A DNA stretch of 63,960 bases, filler included, from Reticulomyxa filosa (GCA_000512085.1; 24 parts of 24 records of this genome joined end to end with filler, not necessarily neighbours in it), one strand, 5' to 3'. Shown: positions 1-13,862, counted from the whole stretch's first letter. Numbers and translations: made by a program. The notes: a model not told the origin generated them from the letters alone.

Positions 1-1261
1 TTAAGAAATTTCAACAAAAAATTCATTTCAATAACTAATTTATGATAAAATAATAATTTTTTTTATTAACAGAAATTATGAAAATTTGATTTTATATGTT
101 TCTTTCATTTGGAAAATATTAAAATTAAATTTAAAAAAAAAATCAAATAATAATCATTTTTTACAAAAGTTCAAACTAGAAACTACAAAAATTATAAACA
201 TATTGACTAATGAGTTTGACAACATTTTCCATCATTGATACTCCAACCAGAAAATTCAGACACAAAACATAGTCTTGCATTCACTGAACGCAGTTTACTG
301 TTTCTCCAGTCGCTATGATTAAACGTGTAATCAAAACTCGAAGCAAATTCAAAACACATTTTCTTTCTTCTTCATTTCTTTGTTTTATTCATCTTCATAA
401 ACAGCAACAACATTTCTAACATGAGAATATACGACAACATAATGCCCAAAAACTTTTCATTATACAAAGAACTTGGTCGAGTTTTTTATGTCGATTTGCA
501 TACATTTTGTTTATTCATGTTTTGTTTGACAATCAATAACAAAAATTAACTAACTGGTAAAATATCAAACGTGTTTGACTTTTTGAAAGAAATTTGACAA
601 CAAGTTACAATAATTCAACACTTTCAAAGTTTCAAAACTCTTTGGTTGTATATCCAGCTGATCATGTCCAGCTTCAAATATAAAGGTTTGTGTCTTTTCC
701 CCTTTTTTCTTTAAAAAAAAAATCAATCTCAGAGAAATGGTTTGTCCAAAAATATCAAATTGCGATTATATAAATGTAAAAATGTGTGAGAGACAAAATT
801 TTCAAATAAGTTATAGTCAAATAAATGTGAACAACTTGATATTTGATCCTGATCTTTAAACAAATAACCGCTTATTTCAAATATCATATCAAAAAAACAG
901 GATTTTAATGTACTTCAAGTTTCAGTAATTATGTGGCTAGTATAATAAAAATGCTTCAGGAGAACTTTTTGACAATTTTTTTTCAATCTGACAATTTCAA
1001 CATATGATGCCAAATGAAAAGTTAAAAAAATAGGTAAACAAAAAAAGAAAAGTTCAAAGTTTTTATATGAAGTTTCTCTTTAATCTTTGAAATGGTGGAA
1101 AATCATAGGAATAGTAGAGCAAGGGGCAGGGGCAGATAAGCATTAGTGCAAATAATCCAAAAGGTAAAAAAGTAACAAAAGCAAAACAAAAACAAAAAGA
1201 GACACAACATATACAAACAAGAAGGAAGTTGAGTTTCTTTTTTTGTTCCTCCTCCCTCTGA

Positions 1262-2248
1262 TTTTATTCTCTTTCTTGTGTCTGTAATTTGGCACGAGCA
1301 TTGCTAACACGAATTCCCAATTGTTTGGCAAATCTCAAAGCGCGAGGGCGTTTGGCTGCGCTCAAAGCAGTAGAAAATTCTGCAACGTAGGAATCATTGA
1401 ACATCATCAACATTTTGAGATCCTAAAAAGGAGGAAGAGATATGAAGAGGAAGTGAAAAACACTATTTTTTTTTTTGTGGTGTTATTAATTTTCGAAAAA
1501 GGGTTTTATTTTTTTTTGTCTTACGAAAATTCGCCAAATGTTTTGATAAATAGGGTACTTAAGAGATTTGATTAACTCCAGGGGTTTTGACATAAAATCT
1601 GTATTTGCCGTCACCTTTTCTGCGAAATCTATCTCTGCGTGCTGTTCTGTAACCAATGCATGGTAGTCTTCGATATCCATGCCATTGTCGTCGCACTGGC
1701 GAATCAATACCTCTTGTTTTGCGCCATGATGGCTATTTGCAACAACAAAACAATTCCCCGACCAATTTGAGTAACAATTGGGACATTTGGACTTTTGATC
1801 GCACAAACAAAAAAAATTTATTGCTATGCTTACCGAAACACGTTTGAATCGATCTGATTGTTGTCTATGTTAAAATCGAGGTCATGTGTATGTGGTTGTG
1901 TGTTTGTTTATTGTTATAATTGGTGTTAATTGTTATTGTTGGTTTGTCACAAAGTGTTGTTTATTAGCGCCAATTTATTTGCGTCTCCTCAAAAAATATT
2001 AATCTTCTTTTTTGACCACAAATGACATTTCAAAAATACACAGACGAGACTCTTTTTTCTTTTGCTATCCACAGGTTACCTTGTAAATTTTTTTTGTCTT
2101 GGTTTTCGTTCTTTTTTCCATCCACGACCCACACTTTTGGGTCCAGTTGGGATTTTTCGAACCATTTCTCACAATTGCAACAGGTTACTCTTTGATTGCT
2201 GTAACACTGACTCAAAAGACAATCCAAGAACTTTTTTTCCCAACACAA
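1262..2248 (-). CDS. Putative multi-exon Cys-rich hypothetical protein
   Basis: Minus-strand coding-like blocks (CCNCEKWF; KCPNCYSNW; [29 protein letters not shown]) separated by T/A-rich intron-like gaps; exact structure not resolved. Confidence 0.35.
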
Positions 2249-2737
2249 TATAAAAAAAAGGTTAGAACCTTAAGACTGCTTGAAACTTTTCAAGTTTTAA
2301 ACGTGCTTGTTTTAGTATCTTTCAGCTTACTAAATGTAAATTCTTCAAATCCAACAGGTTGCCTTTGTATGCGGTGCAGTGTTAGCAATTGCTTTTTATT
2401 GTTGCTTCGTTATAAATAATATTCTGTACTAAAAGTGAAATTTTTGTCGAATTGGTACGAAATTGAAGAAAAGAAGCGGTAATAATTTACTTTTTATTTG
2501 AATTTTTTAATTTAAACTGGCTGTTAATTTATTTACTTTGAAAGTCTTGTCAATAAGAAGGTTTTCATTGATTTAAAAAATAAACAAAAACTGACATTAT
2601 TGAAAAAGGAACAAGATGTACAGATGTAAAGTATGGTTACTGGCCGCGTAACAAAGACACTAAAACTTTTTTACGCTGAATATTCCTCCCTTTTGCCCAT
2701 TCACTGTTTACATTTGGCGTCAAGCGTAACCGAGATA

Positions 2738-2992
2738 ATGAGCAATTTGGAAAAATTACAATCAATTTTGGTAGCGTGGAGCGGGAATGATAATGATGCG
2801 CGTAGTGCTGCAGAGCGCTTCGTTGAGGAAGAAATTGCGAAGAATAGCGATTCATTTTTTATAGGACTGACAAAGTTGTTATCAGTTTCAACCAACGACA
2901 CAGTGAAAAATATAATAGTCGTACTGATCCGAAAGCGCTTGGCAACAGAAGATCGTCCCCCAGCCTTCTGTTCATTACAAGACAATACGAAG
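2738..2992 (+). CDS. Importin-beta family (importin-5/karyopherin beta-3-like) N-terminal exon, partial
   Basis: MSNLEKLQSILVAWSGNDNDARSAAE...IVVLIRKRL fits the importin-beta N-terminal HEAT pattern; GT donor at 2993; contig ends downstream. Confidence 0.7.
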
Positions 2993-3146
2993 GTGATCCA
3001 AAATAAGACAATTATTAAAAAAAAACAATCCAGCTTGTAACTCAACTCGATCTAACTTCAACTTTGATTTTTCCGAAAATTTCCAACTATTGTATTCTAT
3101 TTATGAAAGAAGAAATTGTTTGGTTTTTTTTTTTTTTTTTTTTTTT

Positions 3147-3246
3147 NNNNNNNNNNNNNNNNNNNNNNNNNNNNNNNNNNNNNNNNNNNNTTAATTAATT
3201 AANNNNNNNNNNNNNNNNNNNNNNNNNNNNNNNNNNNNNNNNNNNN
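3147..3246. other. Artificial contig-joining spacer (first of 23)
   Basis: 44 N + TTAATTAATTAA (stops in all six frames) + 44 N. Identical spacers start at 5732, 8098, 9273, 11224, 13169, 14631, 15884, 18024, 19653, 24491, 25833, 28424, 30085, 32323, 36308, 47702, 50288, 51657, 53883, 55628, 58311 and 60629. Confidence 0.98.
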
Positions 3247-3255
3247 AAAAAAAAG

Positions 3256-3731
3256 GTAACGAAGGAAGATTATTGTCATTTGTCGGAATGATGGCAATTC
3301 CAGAGGCCATGAGCGATGACATGAGAGAACAATTCAAACGCAACCAAGACAGATTGGAGAAATTGTATGAAGCACGTTCTGAACAATTTCGAATTGCTGC
3401 CGAAAGAGTTCATCAAGCACAAAAGCATAATCAAATGAAGAATTTATTAGGAGGAGGAGAAAAAAAAGATAAATACATACAACTCAACCCTGATGACGAA
3501 AAAAAAGCGGACAATGCCGAGAAAAAAGAAAAAGACTCAGGAAAAAAAGAGAATAAAACTGAGAAAAAAGAGGAAGAAAAGAAAGAAGTAAAGGAAGAAA
3601 ACAAGACGGAGAAAAAAGACAATACTGACAATCAAATCAATACTGCTGAAAGTAATGAACCTGTTGATAAAAATGAAAGTGATATTGGAGTAGTTGCTAT
3701 GGGATATATGAGAAATAATACTGGAATTTGA
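3256..3731 (+). CDS. C-terminal exon of a hypothetical protein with a K/E-rich tail
   Basis: Open frame after an A-rich AG acceptor. MAIPEAMSDDMREQFKR weakly recalls the anoctamin C-terminus, but this is not secure. Confidence 0.5.
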
Positions 3732-4149
3732 TATTTTTTACTTTGAGATAACAAGGTTAAATCAGAAGAAAGAAAAAAAATAAATTTGTTTTTTTTGTGT
3801 AAAGATAGCACAATTCGTGGAATTGTTGTTTGTATTTTTCTTTTGACACATAAGACAATCGAAATTTTAATGTTGTTTTTTTTGGACAAGGTCTTTTTTG
3901 TTTTTTTTTTTGCCTTTTCCACGTTTTGGGATTGTCACCAACGTGTTTTAGACGCAGATCACATTTAACACGTGTAAAAAAAAAGCAAGTCTGTTGAACT
4001 TGTTGTTGCTTGAACTGAACATCAATTAACGATTTCAATAGAAAAAGAGCAAACTAACACTTTTTGTAGATATTGAGTAATAATTTTCGCAATATACTTT
4101 AACATAAATCACGTTTGTTAACAAACTACAAAAAAAAAAGTTGGTTAAA

Positions 4150-5731
4150 TCATAATTCTTCTTCTAAAAACGTAGGTAATTCGGTGTCACATTCAGTGAG
4201 TTGTGCTATTTGAGTTGGGTCGAGTGTTGTAGTGGGATCTGAATAACTAGATATGATATTTGCAATTTCAACAAAAATATTTTCAATTGGACTAAATACG
4301 GATCGTAAACATTCTTTGATCCATGCCGCCCTCTTCTCCAATCCTTGCTTTAAATATGGAAGCATCTTTTTTTTGTGAGTTTCTTTGTAACCAACATACT
4401 CGAGAACAGAAATGGTGTTATAGGATATATTTTTTGGACCACACAGCAAGTCAGCTCCCCAATATGTCAGTAACTCCAATATTTCACCACGCCCAAAATG
4501 TGCAACTTCAAATGCAAGAGGTGATGTGGTATCACTGAATTCTTCGCTTTGATTTGTCTTTTATCAATCAAAAAAAAAAGGTTTACATAGCATCTAAAAT
4601 TTTTTACAACCTCTTTTTTTTTGTAATAACTCGAGTATTGACATTGGCTCCTTTTTTCAAGAGATATTCAGCAACCAAGTAATGTCCTTCTAAACAAGCA
4701 TGCATTAAAGCGGTTTTTTCGCCCATGGATGCAGAATGTTCAATATTGGCTCTATTTTCAATTAACAATGTTACCATCTCCAACAATCCTAAGGACGCAG
4801 CTACAACCAAGGCGCTGCCACCTTCTATCTGCGCAAATGACACCAAAAAGTTTTTTTTTCAATCCCTCCTTCTTTCAATTGATTTATGGAAAATCAAAAA
4901 AGAAAAAAAAAAGAGACAAACTCGTTCAAACCAATATTTCTCTTTTGTGAAAGACTTTGGAAAAAAAGGCTTTATTATTGAAATATCAACAGGAATATAC
5001 AACACATCCAATAGATGTTTGCACTTTGTCACATTATTGTGCACGACTTCATTAAACCAATCTGTCAGCACACTGTTATGGAATGTCAGCACATGACGAA
5101 AAAAGTCTGGGATAACAGTAACCTCCAATCCTTTCTTAAAAAGTTCGGGAATCACATCATACTCGTGTTTGGTGATTGCTTCAGTAAATTTGCTTTCTTT
5201 CTTTAGTTTGATAAAAATGATTGCAATGTGTAATATATATATATATGTATATACATATATATATATATGCATTGAATAAACAAAACAAAAATAAATAAAT
5301 AAATAAATAAAAAACAAAACGGGATATTCTTGAGGGTCAATCTCAGTATGCGTTGCAATAGGGACCAATGTAAATTGCTGTTGATTATAGATTTGAAATC
5401 GAAAATTAACGGATTGAAGATAATCGAGACCAAAGCCGAATGGCCGTAAATGCTGCAACATTCTCAACGCAATGAGCATTTTATTGTTTTGTTTTTTGAA
5501 CCATTGATCAAAATTGCCATAAAAGTCACATGTTTTCAAGTCCATGCTTTCACTAAACACTGTGATCATTCCCGACAGCGATTGATACTCCAGAGCCTTT
5601 GAAAAGGTTTTTTCAGAAGTGCTATAGTATATGTCCGTTCCAAACACTTTGTCTAACAAGTCATCTGCGGATGACAAATCCTCACTTCCATTTCCATCTT
5701 TGTCATTATCATTATTATCATCCTCATTATT
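4150..5731 (-). CDS. Ankyrin-repeat protein, multi-exon, 5' truncated
   Basis: GGSALVVAASLGLLEMVTLLIENRANIE, EKTALMHACLEGHYLVAEYLLKKGANVN and ELLTYWGAD ankyrin repeats across exons at about 5731-5320, 5203-4915, 4850-4630 and 4555-4150. Confidence 0.85.
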
Positions 5732-5859
5732 NNNNNNNNNNNNNNNNNNNNNNNNNNNNNNNNNNNNNNNNNNNNTTAATTAATTAANNNNNNNNNNNNN
5801 NNNNNNNNNNNNNNNNNNNNNNNNNNNNNNNAAAAAAAAAAAAAACTTGACAAACTAAC

Positions 5860-7544
5860 TTGAATAGGGGTACTATCAGCAGGTCGAATTTCAGGCTGTC
5901 TGTCAAGCAACACAAACATTTTGTTAGCAGCCATGCCTCCTTTTCGAATATCTCCAAGAACTGAACCAACTTGTCCCATACCCATTCCTGCAATAAAGAA
6001 TGCGAAATAAGCACCGAACCTTTTTTTTTTTGATTAAAAAAAAAATGGGTTTGACACATACACCCCTTTTATTTTAATTAAAAAAATAATGCGCACCAAA
6101 AGTAAAAAAAAAAAAGAAAAAAAAACGAAACATTTTTCCAATACTGATAATACCATCATCAACCATGCCGGAGCCGACATATAATGTCAATGGGTACATG
6201 ATGCCAAACAGGGCGAACATAAAGAAACCGATGCCAAGACCTGTGGCGGCATGAATCTTCAAAGCGGTCGGCGTAGCCAAAGCTAAGGCGTCAAAATACT
6301 CTTCAATTTTGACTCGAACCAGCGTGGGAAACGCCAAGACAATCCGGATATTAGTCAGCACCTCCTGACTCACCAGGCCACCTTTCTCCGCAAATGGATC
6401 AACTTGTGCTCCTTTATTTTATTACATGTTACAAGTTTCATTTGATCATTTTTTATAAACCAATAACCCCCTATCAAAAAAAAAAAAGAAAAAAGAAAAA
6501 TAATTAACCAGCTGCGCCTTGGATCATCTTTCCTTGAATCCAACCTACAGCAGCCATAACCGGAACACATGCCATCAATATCAAAGTGAGTTGCCAAGAA
6601 TAGCTTTTTTTTTTTTTTTTATTAATGAATTTTTAAATAATAATAATAAAAAAGAATCCATGCGATTGCATAAAAACTTATGCAAAAAAAAAAAAAAAAA
6701 ACACCCCAATAAAATGTACTACGTATACGTTTTGGAAAAATGGAACAAAAAAAAAAAAAGAAAAACCTAACTAAAAAGCCCAGGCCATTCCAACAAAAAA
6801 AGTCGCCGTTTGCTGCAGCAAGAATCCCATTTTGGTGGAAACACCATCTTGGATAGCTTGGCAATCAGTGACAATGGCGTTGTTCAATTTGGCAGCGGTC
6901 TCCTTGTCGTGGAACGTTATGTCTTGACGCAACGCGGCACGCAAGTACTCTTTCCTCACCGCAATGCCCACTTTACTTCCATACGTGCCCCAAAACCCAT
7001 ATTGCAACGTTGTGAAAAGAAACGCACCCAGTCCCAACGCCAGGAAATACACCAAGCAACGAAGTGCTTTGTCACTCAAATCGCTCGGTCGTCCCGCAGC
7101 TTTGTCTTCGTACCAATTATTCAACATGTCCAATATCACTCTTTTTTTTTTGGTTTATTTGTTTAAAAAAAAAAAAAAAGTTGAGATATGTTTATTGTAA
7201 AAAAAAAAAAAAATGGAAACACATACAATTTATATGTATGTATACATATACACAAAAGTGTATGGCTTACACCCATTTTGTTGCATTTACATTACAAGTA
7301 TGTGTGTGTACAACAAATCAAACCTAAAAATTACAGCAAAAAATGGCATCACTGCTCCATTACATATTCCCGCTAAATAGGCGGCCATCAACAAAAGACA
7401 ATTGTTCGTGCCATACTCCTTGTTAATGCGTCCCAAACCACCTTTGTCGGGTATCTTCTCTTCTTCTTTCGCTGCTTTTTCCTTCAATGTTGTGTTAGAA
7501 TCTAATTTGACATCTTTTAATTCTTCTACTGGTTCGGTGGTCAT
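5860..7544 (-). CDS. ABC transporter subfamily B (MDR/P-glycoprotein), N-terminal transmembrane domain, 3' truncated
   Basis: GICNGAVMPFFAVIF, VRKEYLRAALRQDITFHD, DCQAIQDGVSTKMG, SQEVLTNIRIVLAF and AANKMFVLLDRQPEI are ABCB TMD1 signatures; several GT-AG introns. Confidence 0.92.
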
Positions 7545-8211
7545 TATTTCACTTTCTCGAGGTTTTATGTGGTGTAAGAAGAGGCTTGAGGGTAAAGTCT
7601 TTAATTAAAAAAAACTCGTTCTGTGTTTTTGAAAAAGGAAGAGCTGAAGAACAAAAAAAAAACAGTTTCGTTTTCCGTTGAAATAATATATCCCAAACAT
7701 AAAAAAAAAGAAAGGAAAAGTCCATTGCTAAAAAAAGCAGTATTGCATTTTCTATAAAGTTTAAAGTCTCCGAAGAGCTGCAAGTTCTAAATCTTACAAA
7801 TCTAACAATTGAAACTCTTTAAAACATATGAGCTTTTTCCATTTCCACTTGAGGAAAAAAAAAAGAACCAAATTGCTGTTTGAAAAGTTCATTTTTTTTT
7901 AGCAATTTTGCAATGAGGCTTGACACTATCACCGAGGTTAACAAAACAAAACAAAACAAAAAAAAGGGGCTTTAGTTAAAGGAGTTAGTAATAACCAATT
8001 GGAAAAGTCACAAACCTAAGTTTAATCACAAAAGAAATTGAATACAATAAAAAAAAAAAAAAAAACAAGATAAAATCAACTCAAATCAAATCAAACCNNN
8101 NNNNNNNNNNNNNNNNNNNNNNNNNNNNNNNNNNNNNNNNNTTAATTAATTAANNNNNNNNNNNNNNNNNNNNNNNNNNNNNNNNNNNNNNNNNNNNAAA
8201 AAAAAAAAACC

Positions 8212-9233
8212 TTGGCCAAGTACTCTTCTTTTTTTTCGGAGAGGTGGTCATTATTGATGGCAGTAGCAGGAGGGTTGGGATTGGAAGAGACAGTGGCGTG
8301 ATATTGTTCTTGTCGATGAAGACGTGCTTTAAGTTCTTCGATGATAATTTTGAGTGAGTCTTTTTCTTGCAAAAGGGTATTGTATTTATCATCTCGAGCT
8401 TTTTGTAGTTCTTGAATGCGCGCAATGTAGCCGTGTTCTTTGTTTTGGATTTGTGACAATGTGTCTTCCATCTCTTTGTATCGCGCTTGCATTGCGCTGT
8501 ACGCATTGTTACTATCTCGAACTCTCCCCTTTTCCTTTTCGAGTTCTCTTTCCAACTGTTCAATTCGCTGTTGGTTCTGCAATTTGCTCTTGTTCGACAA
8601 GTCTTTGTTTTCTGACATCTCTTCCTTTGAAAACGAGGATCGAGTTCCTGTCTGTTGTTGCTCGGCTTCATCACCATCATCTTCTTCACCGTTACTATCA
8701 TCGTCCTACATTATCATATGTATGTATAAGTATGTATATGTATGTATATGTATATACATGTCCCCCCCCCCTCTTTCGGTCCATATTCAAAAAAAAAAAA
8801 AAATTATGTTATCAAAGTACCATTTGAGTACGTTTGGGATCGGTTTCTCCTCCGTGCATGAAGGCGATTAAATTCTCGGCCACATTGGCGGGTAAATGTA
8901 GTTCGCTCTTTGCAAAGTCGGTCCTCGACTCTTGTCGCGCATGCAGTTCCAGGCCTTGACTCAGCTGTGCACGCAAGCCCAATATATAAACAGAGCTTGT
9001 GTTATTAACCATAGTGTCAACAAAAAAAAAAAAAAAAAAAAGCAATTGGCACAAGAGAACAAAACTCAACAATATCAATATAATTGGAAGGGATGATCCC
9101 CTTTTCCGAAATGTCGACAATGCTGGGTCGTCGTTTGAACTTTTTTTCCAATTCGTTAATTGTCGACACTGTTTTTTGATGTTTTAATGCTTGTGCCGTT
9201 GCTGGGTCCTGTTTCACAATTGTAAGATTTCTC

Positions 9234-9240
<7 letters not shown>
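8212..9240 (-). CDS. RPEL-motif and coiled-coil protein, partial
   Basis: ELEKKFKRRPSIVDISEKGII matches the RPEL G-actin-binding repeat pattern; the downstream exon (8700-8212) is a heptad coiled coil. Confidence 0.6.
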
Positions 9241-9272
<32 letters not shown>

Positions 9273-9372
9273 NNNNNNNNNNNNNNNNNNNNNNNNNNNN
9301 NNNNNNNNNNNNNNNNTTAATTAATTAANNNNNNNNNNNNNNNNNNNNNNNNNNNNNNNNNNNNNNNNNNNN

Positions 9373-9408
<36 letters not shown>

Positions 9409-9494
9409 TATGTTGTAACCTCTTTTTTTTAAAAAAAAAAACAACAATAACAAAAAAATTATAATAATGACGATGCAAAAAAAAAAAAAAAAAA

Positions 9495-11223
9495 AGAAGC
9501 AACAGTGAATAAAAAGAGAACACGTGAACAATTGGAAAAACGAATAAAAGAGTTGGAAGACTTGATCGTGGAATTGCAAAACAGATTGAAGGCAAAAAAT
9601 TCACGGACGAATAGTGATGGCCCTAGCAACACGGAATACGTTGTTGTCAAGGACACGTGCGACGAAGAACAAGTGAGAAAAACGGTCCAATTGACAGAAG
9701 AGCTTGAAGCAATGAAACTAACACTTGACAATAAAAAGGAACTCATTCAGGTATTTTTTTTTATTTGTTTGTTTGTTTAAAAATATTTAAATGATCATTT
9801 TAAAGTTTTTTTAGGCTCATTTTTTTTTAAAAAAAATTAACTACTTTTTTTTTTTTTAAAAAAAAAAAAGCAACTTGGAGATGATGTGAAAAGTAAAGAG
9901 GAAATAATTGGAGAGTTGTCCAGACGCTGTGACGAGAATAAAAAATTGCAAGCCACGCTCGTTTGTAAGGATGAACAAATGAAACGGCTGCATGAACAAT
10001 TCCAGCTTGTCAATGACAAACTGAATGCACAAACCCAACAATTAAACGCACAATCCGTTCTCGACACATCTCTCGCACGTGACAATGACCATTTGCAGTC
10101 CATATTTGATCATCCATTCAAAGCTATTGTCGCCACTTTGCACCAAATGGTGTGTGCATTTTTTTTTTTTTTTTTTGATGACTCACCAAAGGTAGAGAAA
10201 CACTATTTTTTTTTTTGAGAATTTGATGACTAAGCAAATTTTTTGTTGTTTGATTGTTGACTTTTTTTTTTGGGGGGGGTGTGGACATAATTTGGACAAT
10301 TAAAGCAAATCCAACAAAATCAAATGTTTGAAAAGTTTGAGAACTTGTCTGGTGAATTGACGAATGTGATAACGACGCAGAAAGACCAACACGACGAGTT
10401 GGAAGTGATTCACAAACACATGAACAAGGGAAGCGAGCAAACGTTATCACTGTTCCGCGGCTTAAACGAGCAAATGTGCTCCCAGCAGACATTGCTTTGT
10501 TCGCAACTAGCCAACGTCTTGGAGACCAATAAAGAGCTTGTGCGAAGAGCGTCTGTTGTTGAATCCATGGCGTTTTTGTCCAATGAAGGTGCAAGCGAAA
10601 ACGAAAATAGTACGTATGAAAATGGCAATGTAATTGAAGACAAAAAAGACAATGAAAATAACAATACAAATGCAAATGGACATGATAATCCGTGGTCAAA
10701 GAAGAAGGATACAGGTCGTGAGCGTGTGCACTTGGCCATGTCATATTGGATTGAAGCGTCGATTCCTTCTTCGCATTTGCGCGACAAACAAAAGCGCAGT
10801 GTTAACCCATTTGAATTCGAGCCCAGTTTGGCAGCATACCAAAAAAACAACGGCAATGGAATCGCATCAAAGTCAGTGCAGATGGTATTTGCAGATAGAA
10901 GTAGCAAAGAGTCGTCCCCACGGCTACCACTGCCACTGCCACCATCATCATCGTCATCATCATCATCATCGTCATCATCATCATTATCATCAGAGCCCAA
11001 TGACTTCTTTGCTGCGCTGGATAGTCAATGCGATATACACTTTGAGCAGCAAGTCACAAGCGACTGCAAACACGCGACGGCACCAGTATCCACTGCCATT
11101 ACTTCCACCACTGTCCATACTCGCAACGATCAACAGTTGGCGTGCAACAAACTTTTCTTAAAAAAACACATTTTTTATGCACGCGCAAAAAAAAAAAAAA
11201 CGTTATATGTACGGTACAAATTT
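9495..11223 (+). CDS. Coiled-coil protein with Ser-rich low-complexity C-terminal region, partial
   Basis: Exons at about 9495-9750, 9871-10149 and 10300-11160; heptad-rich; poly-Ser encoded by (TCA/TCG)n. Confidence 0.65.
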
Positions 11224-11899
11224 NNNNNNNNNNNNNNNNNNNNNNNNNNNNNNNNNNNNNNNNNNNNTTAATTAATTAANNNNNNNNNNNNNNNNNNNNN
11301 NNNNNNNNNNNNNNNNNNNNNNNTTCTGCTCTCCAACGAAGCTTGGATCCAAATCTTGGCGCAAAGGTATTGTCTCATAAGACTAAATATTTATTAACTT
11401 GAATAACTTTGAGTAAGTTAAGTTTTTGCTATTAATCAATTTTTGAGAACACACAACGAACAAACATGCATTTTAAAAAAATTGTTTGGAATAAGAAATG
11501 AGAACAAAACATTTGCTTGTAATTGCACAGCAATATCTCACTTCAAAGTCATTTGAATCAATGAAACGTAGAATGGACACACGCATTGCTTCTCACAATC
11601 GATTCACACTTCTTTGTATTGATACTTTGCCATTGTCATCTCTTGTTCATACGATGCATTGCTGCTTGTTATATTGCCGGAAATAGTTCATATGCCATAC
11701 TACCATTGATCTACACTTTTTCCTCTACTCTTTCATTTCTTTTAACCTAATGTAAGTCACTTCACAATGAAAGAGGTTTGTTTTTGATGGAGATATATTA
11801 CAACAACTAAAAACATGACACAGACAACATACATCCACACTGACTTTCAAATAGAGCTTCTATTCTTCACTTGTGATTGATTTTCTTTATTTTCTTGTT

Positions 11900-13168
11900 A
11901 TTTTATATGTTGTTTTTTTTCCCTCATTGTTGTGGTTTTATGTTTGGATACGATGTGTCCACTCTTGTATTGAATTTGAATGATGGAGGACAAGGAAAGT
12001 TTTTCCGCCGAATATGCATTCACTTGAATATCTCCGTCATTTACTATTGCCATTGTCTAAAGGTACAGTCACATTTACATCATTACAACTCGGATAAATT
12101 GTGTTCTCGTTTTTGTTTTAGATTTTGTGTATGATATGATGGATTAATTTGTAAACTCACCACAAAGCGATCCACTATTGAGATATAACTATGATATGTA
12201 CCAAAAGAAAGCCGAGTTGGATAACTACACGATTGCGTTGCGCTCTGTCGATAGATATAGCTTCACATTGTCTCCTTCGTCCTCGATGTGATCAGTAATG
12301 TAATTGTGTGACTTGCTCCTGAGATACCAATTAGCCGATTTGTTGAAAAGTTCCCAAAATTGCTTAGCCTAATTTCTGTTCATTTGTTTGCCGAAGCTAC
12401 CCATGCAATTGTATCTAGCAATGCCTTTATCTAATGTACACATATTCGACGACAATTGAAAGCTTTGTTACAATATGTTGATTGACTGCATTCAACATTT
12501 GATTGCTTGTGGCAATACGAATTTGGAGAGAATGCAATTTGAACGGCGCTATTGTTGGAAGTACTCAATTGTTTGCAAACAGTGCTATACCACATATTTG
12601 CGAGGATAATGTGCTCAATGTGTCCACTACGTGATTCAAATCTTACAGAGTTCAATGCCTGCACAATCAAGAATATGTCACTCATATACGTGTTATATGT
12701 CGATGATGCTTTGAACAATTGTTTTTAATCTGTAAACCTTTCACTTTAATCAATTGTTCCACTGGATAAAATCTTTTGAATTGCCTTCTTCTGTTTTGGT
12801 GTGTTCAAATGTACAGCCACAGGAGAATATCCAAACAATGACGCATCAATTGCTTTTTCCGTACACACGAATGATAACGGTGACCACATCCATTGCGTCG
12901 ATATACAAACTAGTACATATACGATTTTGTGAGTTGTGTTGTCATAGCACACAGTCCCCATTGGCTTGAATGAATCGGTTGTGCACATTCCATGGTGTTC
13001 AATGGAAGCCATTGTCGTCGTCCCAGCCACATTTGCAATGCATTGCGTAAACATTGCGTTTAGGTCATCTCCTTTAGATAGCGATATTGGACGTGTGGAT
13101 TTGATTTTGCATCATTATCTGGCGGATTGTTTGTTTGAAATGAAATTGGCTTACTTCCCAAATATGAC
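11900..13168 (-). pseudogene. Degenerate intronless coding remnant, family unidentified
   Basis: Coding-like composition with ORF pieces 13054-12746 and 12718-12431 broken by stops and frameshifts. Confidence 0.35.
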
Positions 13169-13268
13169 NNNNNNNNNNNNNNNNNNNNNNNNNNNNNNNN
13201 NNNNNNNNNNNNTTAATTAATTAANNNNNNNNNNNNNNNNNNNNNNNNNNNNNNNNNNNNNNNNNNNN

Positions 13269-13308
<40 letters not shown>

Positions 13309-13862
13309 AGCGGTTTTAGAGGAGGGGGGAAAAAAAAATAATAAAAATACCTGTTTTTGTGCCATGCAACTATTTGGATATCAAAGATAAATTAAAAGAG
13401 TACTTGCACTGAACATTAATTTGCACAACCAGACCATATCATCATTTCTTTTATTAATTTTTCAATGTACCTTTTTCTCCCTTTACAACGGCAGAAAAAA
13501 CATTCCGTTTTCATGGAAAAAGTTTATCAAATATTCTGAGTCGAACCTGAGATAACACAGGAACTAAAATTTTACTTTATTTTTTTTTCAATTTTTTGGT
13601 AGTATGATAGGAACACGTTTTTCCTGAAAAATAAATGTTATGAAAATAGTACCACACCAGTAAAATTTAAGCGAGTCTAGAAAACGCTACAAGACTTTGA
13701 ACGGAAGCTTTTGTATCAAAAAAGCAATATACCAACTACATATTAGACTGTGGCGTCTAAATAGACGGACAATATTCAAACTTTTGTTTTACCCCAAAGA
13801 AAAATATTTTTCTAAAAATAATTTTTTATCACTAGTGTGCATTTTCAAACGTAGTGCTGGCA

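Noticed and set aside
3273-3731. Anoctamin assignment for the K/E-rich C-terminal exon
   Set aside because: Only a short weak motif resemblance; the upstream transmembrane exons are missing, so it cannot be supported.
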